Positions 16,391 to 23,186 of a DNA stretch of 32,000 bases are shown here, one piece after another (position 1 is the stretch's first letter; every line of letters starts with the position of its first letter). The stretch spans positions 2,370,001 to 2,402,000 of the forward strand of contig NZ_CP080507.1 in the NCBI RefSeq assembly GCF_019464535.1, read 5' to 3'. The notes beneath the pieces are model-generated. The model searched no databases. It had not been told where the DNA came from and worked only from the letters and a program-made list of their open reading frames with translations. The stretch is from Horticoccus luteus. GTDB taxonomy: Bacteria > Verrucomicrobiota > Verrucomicrobiia > Opitutales > Opitutaceae. The translations under genes and the position numbers were made by a program.

Positions 16391-16424
16391 AAAAAGGCGC
16401 GCGCGGCCAATGCCGTTCCGCGCC
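16391..16424 (-). terminator. Probable intrinsic terminator after asd
   Basis: The minus-strand RNA reads GGCGCGG-AA-CGGC-AUUG-GCCG-CG-CGCGCC-UUUUU. This is an interrupted GC stem of about 11 bp followed by five U, starting 14 nt after the asd stop. Confidence 0.45.
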
Positions 16425-16437
16425 CTCGCCCCCGAGG

Positions 16438-17481
16438 TCACGCCGCGGCAATGGCCTTCGGTTTGAGCCAGCCCTCGCGCGCCATCAACTCGGCGTTCTG
16501 CAGCGCGTTCAACGCCGCGCCCTTCCAGAGATTGTCGCCGCTGACCCACAAGGAGAGTCCGTTTTCGAGCGCGGTATCGATGCGAATCCGGCCCACGCCG
16601 CATTTCACCTGCCGCGTGAAATCGAGCGGCGTCGGATAACGCTTGTTCGCCGGATCGTCCACGAGCTCCGCACCCGCAAAGGCCGCGATCGCCGCCCGCG
16701 CCGCCTCGACGCTCACCGGCCGTTCGAACTCGGCGTTGATCGCCACCGAATGCGCCTGCACCACCGGCACGCGCACGCACGTCGCCGAAACCGGCAGATT
16801 CGGCAGCCCCATGATGCGCCGGCTCTCCTGCCGCATCTTGGTCTCTTCGCCCGTGTAACCATCGGCCCCAAACGAATCGACCTGCGGGATCGCGTTGAAC
16901 GCGATCTGATAGGGATAAACCTTCTTCGTAATGGGCGTGCCCGCGACATGCGCCCGCACTTGCGCCTCAAGTTCGTCAATCGCATCCGTGCCCGTGCCGG
17001 ACACCGATTGATACGTCGCCGCCAAATACCGCTTCAACCCAAACGCCTGGTGCAGCGGCCACAAGGCCATCAACGCCACGGCGGTCGAACAATTCGGATT
17101 CGCAATGATGCCATGGTGCTGGCGCAGCTCCTGCGGGTTGATCTCGGGTATCACGAGTGGCACCGCCGGATCCATCCGGTAGGCCGAACTCTTGTCGATC
17201 ACCAGACAGCCCGCTTGCACCGCGTCCGGCGCGAGCGCCTTCGTGATTGCGCCCTCCGTCGCGAAAAACGCGACGTCGACATCGCCGAACACGCCCGGCT
17301 TCGCCTCTTCAATTACGACCGTTTTTCCGCCGAACTCCACCGTCTTGCCTGCTGACCGCGCCGAGGCAAAAAGCCGCAGTGTGGCCACCGGGAAATTCCG
17401 TTGCTGCAGCAGCCGCAGCAACTCTTGACCCGTCGCGCCCGTGGCGCCGACGATACCGACTGTGAAGGAAGGCGAACTCAT
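16438..17481 (-). CDS. asd: Aspartate-semialdehyde dehydrogenase
   Basis: Trimmed from track ORF 16438..17856 to the ATG at 17481 (MSSPSFTVGIVGATGATGQELLRLL, the NAD(P)-binding start typical of Asd). It has IANPNCSTVALMAL-type active-site Cys context (IIANPNCSTAVALMAL) and the motif VRVPVVQAHS. Confidence 0.92.
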   Translation of the reverse strand: MSSPSFTVGIVGATGATGQELLRLLQQRNFPVATLRLFASARSAGKTVEFGGKTVVIEEAKPGVFGDVDVAFFATEGAITKALAPDAVQAGCLVIDKSSAYRMDPAVPLVIPEINPQELRQHHGIIANPNCSTAVALMALWPLHQAFGLKRYLAATYQSVSGTGTDAIDELEAQVRAHVAGTPITKKVYPYQIAFNAIPQVDSFGADGYTGEETKMRQESRRIMGLPNLPVSATCVRVPVVQAHSVAINAEFERPVSVEAARAAIAAFAGAELVDDPANKRYPTPLDFTRQVKCGVGRIRIDTALENGLSLWVSGDNLWKGAALNALQNAELMAREGWLKPKAIAAA

Positions 17482-18016
17482 GGAATTTTCGTTGGAACGG
17501 GTCACCAAAGCCCACGAGCGCCTTGGCATCAAGCCCACAGACCGCTTCCTCCTCGTTCGCATCGGCGCCGCCACGCTCCAATTCTTCCGCGGCGGCGAAC
17601 TCGTTAAAGCCCACCCCGTTTCCACGTCGAAGCGGCCACCTTCGAACCTTAAAGGTTCCCTCGGCACACCGCGCGGCCTCCATGAAATCGCCGAGCGCAT
17701 CGGCGCCGGCCAGCCGCCCGGCATGGTCTTCAAATCCCGCGTGCCCACCGGCCGCCACTTTGCCGAATTACCCGACGCCACCGCCGATTCGAATCTCATC
17801 ACCACGCGCATCCTCTGGCTCCGCGGACTCGAGCCCGGCATCAACCGCGGCGGCAAGGTCGATACCTACGACCGCTATGTTTATATCCACGGCACAAATC
17901 ACGAAGCGCGCATCGGCGAGCCCTTGAGCGCCGGTTGCGTCCTGATGCGCAGCTTGGATCTCATCGAACTTTTCGACGCAGTCCGCGTCGGCGATCACGT
18001 GCTCATCGTGGATTGA
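17480..18016 (+). CDS. L,D-transpeptidase (YkuD/ErfK) catalytic-domain protein with no evident signal peptide
   Basis: An internal ATG of track ORF 17441..18016, preceded by the SD-like AGGAAGG 7 nt upstream. The catalytic motif is YIHGTNHEARIGEPLSAGCVLM (the His...Ser-x-Gly-Cys of YkuD). Confidence 0.75.
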   Translation: MEFSLERVTKAHERLGIKPTDRFLLVRIGAATLQFFRGGELVKAHPVSTSKRPPSNLKGSLGTPRGLHEIAERIGAGQPPGMVFKSRVPTGRHFAELPDATADSNLITTRILWLRGLEPGINRGGKVDTYDRYVYIHGTNHEARIGEPLSAGCVLMRSLDLIELFDAVRVGDHVLIVD

Positions 18017-18030
18017 GACTTACCCTGCGA

Positions 18031-19407
18031 CTATTTCTCAGGGTGCTGATGGGGATGATGCCGCCGGATGCTCTCCTCCAACAGTCGCGCCGCGTTCGCG
18101 TATTCGGGAAACGGCACCGGTGCATCGGCCGGACGGCCCGCCAGCGCGCGCCTCAATTTCTCACGCTCCGCCTTCACCGCCGGGGTTGAATCGTCGCGAA
18201 GATCGCGCTGCTGGAACGGATCGACGCTCAAATCATAGCACGCGCCTTCGCTGTCGTAGTAGTAGCGCTCGTCCCGCACCGCGCGCTGAGAACCATACTG
18301 CGTGAAAATCCATTCGCGCGGGGTCTGGTCCTCCTCGCCACGCAAAACCGGCCACAGCGAGCGCCCGTCCAGCTTTGCGTCCTTTGGCACTGGTTCACCG
18401 GCGATCGCCAACATCGTCGGCAGCAAGTCCGTGAAATCCGTCAACGCCGTCGACACCGCGCCCGCCCGCACCCGACCCGGTGCCCGCACGATGAGCGGCA
18501 CATGCACGCCGACATCGTTCACGCGCCCCTTGCCCATCGGCACGGCGCGCCCCGCGAGCTCCCCGCCCGTCGAGGAACCGTTGTCGCCCGCGAAGAAAAT
18601 GACCGTATCATCGCGCAACCCCAGTTGGTCCACCGTGCGCACCAGTTCTCCAACTTGCCTGTCCGCGTAAGCGACCATGTCGGCAAACAGCGCTGCCTCG
18701 CCTTTCGGCGGATGCGCCCGAGTGAGCGGCGTCGGCTCGTTCGGCGCGTGCGCCTCGATCATCGGGTAGTAAATGAAAAACGGCTCCGTGCGATGCCTCC
18801 GTATGAAATCGATCACAAACGCCTGCGTCACGTCCGGCCCGAATTCCCCCGCCCGCGCGCGGGGTTCACCGTTCTGCTGGATAAACGCATCCCAATAACG
18901 CTTCTCGCTCGCGGGATTTCCCGCCTCCACGCCCGTCCACACGCAATGTTCATCAAACCCGTGGGCGTTGAGAATTCCCGGTTCGGCCCGCAGGTCATTG
19001 ACCTGCCATTTGCCCGCGATCGCCGTCGCATAGCCCGCCGCCCGCATCGATTGCCCCAGCGTTTTCCATCGGGTCGGATCCAGCCCCCGGCCGCCCCAAC
19101 GCGGCACATCGTAATGCACCGTCCAGCCCGTGCGAAACGGATACTCGCCGGTCAGGAGTGAAACGCGCGTCGGCGTGCACAACGGCGTGCACCACGCCGT
19201 CGTGAAACGCGTTCCTTCGCTCGCCAGCCGGTCGATGTTCGGCGTTTGCGCCGCCGCGCCATAGGCGCCGATCCAGTCGCGCGCCACATCGTCGATGAGG
19301 ATTACAATCTGGTTCGGCGGCCGTCGCCCGGCCGGCGCCGCGTCGGACAAGCTGATCCCACCCGCCAACCACACCAGCAGCACCCACCGCAGCTTCGGCA
19401 ATTTCAT
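18031..19407 (-). CDS. Sulfatase (Cys-type, formylglycine-dependent), secreted
   Basis: Trimmed to the ATG at 19407, where MKLPKLRWVLLVWLAGGISLSDAAPA is a signal peptide. It has the metal-binding VILIDDV and the sulfatase signature CTPTRVSLLTGEYP (C-x-P-x-R). Confidence 0.88.
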   Translation of the reverse strand: MKLPKLRWVLLVWLAGGISLSDAAPAGRRPPNQIVILIDDVARDWIGAYGAAAQTPNIDRLASEGTRFTTAWCTPLCTPTRVSLLTGEYPFRTGWTVHYDVPRWGGRGLDPTRWKTLGQSMRAAGYATAIAGKWQVNDLRAEPGILNAHGFDEHCVWTGVEAGNPASEKRYWDAFIQQNGEPRARAGEFGPDVTQAFVIDFIRRHRTEPFFIYYPMIEAHAPNEPTPLTRAHPPKGEAALFADMVAYADRQVGELVRTVDQLGLRDDTVIFFAGDNGSSTGGELAGRAVPMGKGRVNDVGVHVPLIVRAPGRVRAGAVSTALTDFTDLLPTMLAIAGEPVPKDAKLDGRSLWPVLRGEEDQTPREWIFTQYGSQRAVRDERYYYDSEGACYDLSVDPFQQRDLRDDSTPAVKAEREKLRRALAGRPADAPVPFPEYANAARLLEESIRRHHPHQHPEK

Positions 19408-19534
19408 GCCGCCACGCCACACCGCTCCGCGCCCGTCCGCGACGCCGCTCACGTTGAATCAATTAAGCCCCCGCTCTCAACTGTTACAGCGGTCCGCCCC
19501 TTGCGCCTCCCCGCGTCCCACGCGCTCATCGCCC

Positions 19535-20845
19535 ATGCGCTCATCAGCCCGCCCCGGCGCTTGGCCACGTTGGTTGTTCTTGGGATTGCTCGCATGGACG
19601 CCGCCCCATACTCGTGCCGCCGCGATGAATACGCCTGCTTTGCGCGACGACGGCACTTACCAGAACGGCGGCTACTGGGCGACTCCGCTGCCGTGGCTCA
19701 TGGTCACCCTCATGCCCGACGACGCGCCCGCCGCCGCCACGCTGTTTTGCGAAGCGGTGGAAGACTTCCAATCGCGCGGCGATATCAACGAATGGATTAA
19801 CGACGCCGCTCCGCGCACCCACGGGGTCCCCCAGTACTGCGCCAGCGCCGCGCTCCCCCTGGCCGGCGCCACGCGGCTGCACGAATTCCTCGCCGCCCAA
19901 AACCGCGACTTGCCCGCGCCGCTCGCCGCCCGTTTCGCCGCCGACGAACGCTGGCTCCGCGAACAAGCGACCCGCCTCCTCCGCGCCGCCGGGCGCCCGG
20001 CGAAAGACGGCGTCGAGATTTTCGAGCCCGATGCCTCGGGACGATACGGCGCCTTCTGGGTGCGCGACTGGTCCTACGCGCTGGAAGGCTGCCCCGAGGT
20101 TTTCACCTCTGAAGAGATTCGTCGTGGTTACCTCTTCCTCGCCGCCGCGCAGCGCTCGGATGGCTGCATGCCCGACCGCGTGCGGGCCGACGGCCACGGC
20201 GTGTTTTCACCTGGCCCCGAAAGCCATCCGTTCTCTCGCCACGGCTCCGTCGATCAATCGCCGTTCATGGTCATTCTGTGCGATCAATACTGGCACCTGT
20301 CCGGCGATCTCGGCGCCTTTCGCTCCACCGCTGCGGCCTTGGAAAAAGCCCTGCAGTTCACGCCGCGCAACGCCGTCAACGGCCTCGTCACCATCACCGA
20401 CTCCACCCTCTTCCGCCCTTACAGTTTTCTGGATACCGTCCCGCTGACCGGCGACCAGCAATTCGACTCCGTTCTCTTCTGGGACGCGTGCCGCAAACTC
20501 GCCGCGATGTTCTCCGCCGTCGGCGACGAGGATTCGGCCCAACGCTGGCGTCACGAAGCACAGCGGGTGCAGCGCGGTCTCGCCAGCCTTTGGGACGAAC
20601 GCACCGGCCTGTTCGTCGCGGCGAGCGAACACTGGCGGCAACCCGCGATCTGGGGCTCCTTGTTTGCCGTTTACGTCGGTTGCGCCACCCCCGCGCAAGC
20701 CCGCCGCATCGCTCAGTATTGCCGGGAAAATCTCCCGCTGCTCGTTTTCCACGGCCAGGTGCGCCATCTCCCGAAAGGCACTTTCTGGGGTCAACCCGAG
20801 CCGCAATACCTTCATCCAGCCGCGCCGCCGCGCGATGGCCCGTAA
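19535..20845 (+). CDS. Putative secreted six-hairpin ((alpha/alpha)6) glycoside-hydrolase-like protein
   Basis: Track ORF 19295..20845 overlaps the sulfatase start. I prefer the ATG at 19535, where MRSSARPGAWPRWLFLGLLAWTPPHTRAAA is signal-like; an alternative ATG is at 19625. The motifs GAFWVRDWSYALEG, AAAQRSDGCMPDRV, FMVILCDQYWHLSGD and SVLFWDACRKLA resemble GDE_C/GH15-like barrels. The family assignment is unverified. Confidence 0.5.
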   Translation: MRSSARPGAWPRWLFLGLLAWTPPHTRAAAMNTPALRDDGTYQNGGYWATPLPWLMVTLMPDDAPAAATLFCEAVEDFQSRGDINEWINDAAPRTHGVPQYCASAALPLAGATRLHEFLAAQNRDLPAPLAARFAADERWLREQATRLLRAAGRPAKDGVEIFEPDASGRYGAFWVRDWSYALEGCPEVFTSEEIRRGYLFLAAAQRSDGCMPDRVRADGHGVFSPGPESHPFSRHGSVDQSPFMVILCDQYWHLSGDLGAFRSTAAALEKALQFTPRNAVNGLVTITDSTLFRPYSFLDTVPLTGDQQFDSVLFWDACRKLAAMFSAVGDEDSAQRWRHEAQRVQRGLASLWDERTGLFVAASEHWRQPAIWGSLFAVYVGCATPAQARRIAQYCRENLPLLVFHGQVRHLPKGTFWGQPEPQYLHPAAPPRDGP

Positions 20846-20863
20846 GCGCTCTGCGGCCGCTGC

Positions 20864-23101
20864 TCAGCGATTCCGTCCGAAAAGGAGCCGCAACGAGTTG
20901 AGGCAGACCACCACGGTGCTGCCCTCGTGCGCCGCCACGCCGACCGCGAGCGGCACCAAACCGAAAATCGCCGCTCCCGCCATCAACACCACCACGCCCA
21001 GCGAAATCGCCAGATTCTGCCGGATCACCCATTTCGCCCGCCGGCTTAGTTGCAAAGCCGCGAGAAAATTTTCGATGCGGTCGTGCATCAAAATCACCTC
21101 CGCCTGCTCGAGCGCCGCATCGCTTCCGCGCGCCCCCATCGCCACGCTCACGTCCGCCGCCGCCAGCGAGGGCGCGTCGTTCACGCCATCACCCACCATC
21201 GCCACTTTGCCTCGTTCCGCCCGCAGCGCTTGGATGGCGGCGACCTTGTCTTCGGGTTTCAAACCCGCCCGCACTTCATCCACGCCCAACTCCTTCGCGA
21301 CCGCCTCCGCCGCATGCCGACGGTCGCCCGTGAGCATGACCGAGTGAATTCCCGCCGCCCGCACCTCATCGAGCACCGTCCGCGATTGCGCGCGAATCTG
21401 GTCGCGCAACAGCAAGCGCCCCACGACATCGCGCCCCAGCACCCAGATTTCACTCAACTCCGCCGAAGCCGCCGGCAATTGCCGCGCCCATTCCCCGAAC
21501 GGCCCGTCTTCCAGCAATTCCCGGCGCCCGAGCAGGACCGACGCGCCTTCATGCCGACCGCGCACCCCTTGCCCGATGATGGACTGAAAATCGTCCACTT
21601 CGCCACCCGTCACGCCCTGCGCGCGCGCGTGCCGCACCACCGCGCGCGCCAGCGGGTGCTCCGACTTCACCTCGAGCGCATACGCCAGCTCCAGCACGTC
21701 GCGCTCACGGCCCGGCGGAAAACTCTCCACTCCGACCACATTCAACTCTCCCGTCGTCAACGTGCCGGTTTTGTCCAGTGCCACGACGGTGATCTCGGCC
21801 AGTTTCTCGATCGCCGCCCCGCCGCGAAACAATACGCCGTGCCGCGCGCCCCACGCGATCGCCGCCAAGATCGCCGACGGAATCGACAGCACCAACGCGC
21901 AAGGACTCGTCACGACCAGCAGCGTCATCGCCCGGTAAAACGCCGACGTCTGGCCGCCCGTGTTTTCGAACGGCGGCAATCCGAACCCGAGCCACCACAC
22001 AAAAAACATCACGGCGCACGCGCCCAGCACCAGCAACGTGTAACCACCACCGAATCGGTCAGTGAAACGCTCGCTCGGCGCCCGCAGTTTCTGCGCGGTC
22101 TGGATCAAGCGGATGATCTTTTGCAGCGTGCTCTCGGCCGGCAGCCGCCGCACCTCGACTTCCACCGCGCCCCACAAATTCAGCGTTCCGCTGAACACCG
22201 TATCACCCACGCCTTTTTCCACGGGTTGCGCTTCGCCCGTCAGCGCCGATTCGTCGCTTGCACTGCGTCCCTTGCGCACTTCGCCGTCGGCGGAAAACGC
22301 CTCGCCCGGCCGCACCAACACGCGGTCACCCACGGCCAGTTGCGCGACATCGACTTCCCGCTCCGCGCCGTCCGCGGTCATCAACGTCGCCCGCTTCGGC
22401 GCCGATTTGAGCAGCGCGCTCACCTCTCGATGCGTGCGATGCAGCGCATACTCCTCCATCGCGCCCGAGGCTGAAAACAGGAACAACAACAACACCGCCT
22501 CCGGCCACGCGCCAATGCTCACCGCGCCGATCGCCACCGCGAGCATCAGAAAGTGAATGTCCACTTTCGCCTGGCGCAGATTCGCCCACGAATCCTTCGC
22601 CGCATCCCATCCGCCCGCGATTAACGCCGCCGCAAACAATCCCACGGACACCCACGCCGGGCCGAGGCTAAACCGCAGCGTCACAAATCCCGCGAGGCCG
22701 AAAACCGCGCACAATGCCGCCAGCCACGTCAGCTCTTTCCACTCCGATACCGGCTCCGCGCCGCTGTCGACCGGTTGGATCTCCGGCATCGTAAACTCGC
22801 GCCAGCGCCAGAATTTCGGCGCCGTCGCACACGTTTCCCCAGCCAGTTCCGTGACGCCGTCCCGTTGCTGCAGCGTGAAGCCCGCCGGCACTTCCGCTAT
22901 TCCGCCAATCCGCCCTTCGATCGCCGCGATGGTGAGCGCCACCCGGTGTTCGAGCTCACGCAGGTCGACTTCACCCAGCGTCGCCACCGACACCTTGCGA
23001 CTCGCGGCATCGAAACGCACGGCCCCCACCCCCGGCTCGGCCCGCAGGAACGCGGCCAGTTCCACCGCCCAATTGGGCGAATGTTCAAGGGATGTAGCCA
23101 T
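20864..23101 (-). CDS. Heavy-metal-translocating P1B-type ATPase (P1B-4-like, Co/Zn/Cd-type signature)
   Basis: Trimmed from 23266 to the ATG at 23101 (MATSLEHS...). It carries TGE(A), DKTGTLT and GDGVNDAP. The transmembrane SPC motif (LVVTSPCALVLS) and HEGSTVVVCLNSLRLL are hallmarks of the P1B-4 subgroup. Confidence 0.9.
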   Translation of the reverse strand: MATSLEHSPNWAVELAAFLRAEPGVGAVRFDAASRKVSVATLGEVDLRELEHRVALTIAAIEGRIGGIAEVPAGFTLQQRDGVTELAGETCATAPKFWRWREFTMPEIQPVDSGAEPVSEWKELTWLAALCAVFGLAGFVTLRFSLGPAWVSVGLFAAALIAGGWDAAKDSWANLRQAKVDIHFLMLAVAIGAVSIGAWPEAVLLLFLFSASGAMEEYALHRTHREVSALLKSAPKRATLMTADGAEREVDVAQLAVGDRVLVRPGEAFSADGEVRKGRSASDESALTGEAQPVEKGVGDTVFSGTLNLWGAVEVEVRRLPAESTLQKIIRLIQTAQKLRAPSERFTDRFGGGYTLLVLGACAVMFFVWWLGFGLPPFENTGGQTSAFYRAMTLLVVTSPCALVLSIPSAILAAIAWGARHGVLFRGGAAIEKLAEITVVALDKTGTLTTGELNVVGVESFPPGRERDVLELAYALEVKSEHPLARAVVRHARAQGVTGGEVDDFQSIIGQGVRGRHEGASVLLGRRELLEDGPFGEWARQLPAASAELSEIWVLGRDVVGRLLLRDQIRAQSRTVLDEVRAAGIHSVMLTGDRRHAAEAVAKELGVDEVRAGLKPEDKVAAIQALRAERGKVAMVGDGVNDAPSLAAADVSVAMGARGSDAALEQAEVILMHDRIENFLAALQLSRRAKWVIRQNLAISLGVVVLMAGAAIFGLVPLAVGVAAHEGSTVVVCLNSLRLLFGRNR

Positions 23102-23121
23102 GCTCGTCAAATTTCCCGGCC

Positions 23122-23158
23122 CGCACCCGCGCGGCAAATACATTTGCGCGCACCCGCG
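23122..23158. promoter_or_regulatory. Operator-like element: 14-bp palindrome GCAAATACATTTGC flanked by a 10-bp direct repeat CGCACCCGCG
   Basis: Read directly from the sequence. The direct repeat lies at 23122-23131 and 23149-23158 and the palindrome at 23134-23147. The element is centred in the 85-bp spacer between the divergent ATPase and dinG starts. Confidence 0.3.
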
Positions 23159-23186
23159 GTTCACCGTTGCGTGACACCTTTCCCTG

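Noticed and set aside
20846-20863. GCGGCCGC palindrome between the convergent glycosidase-like and ATPase genes as a bidirectional terminator
   Set aside because: Only an 8-bp palindrome is present, with no extended stem and no T/A tracts. There is too little structure to call a terminator.
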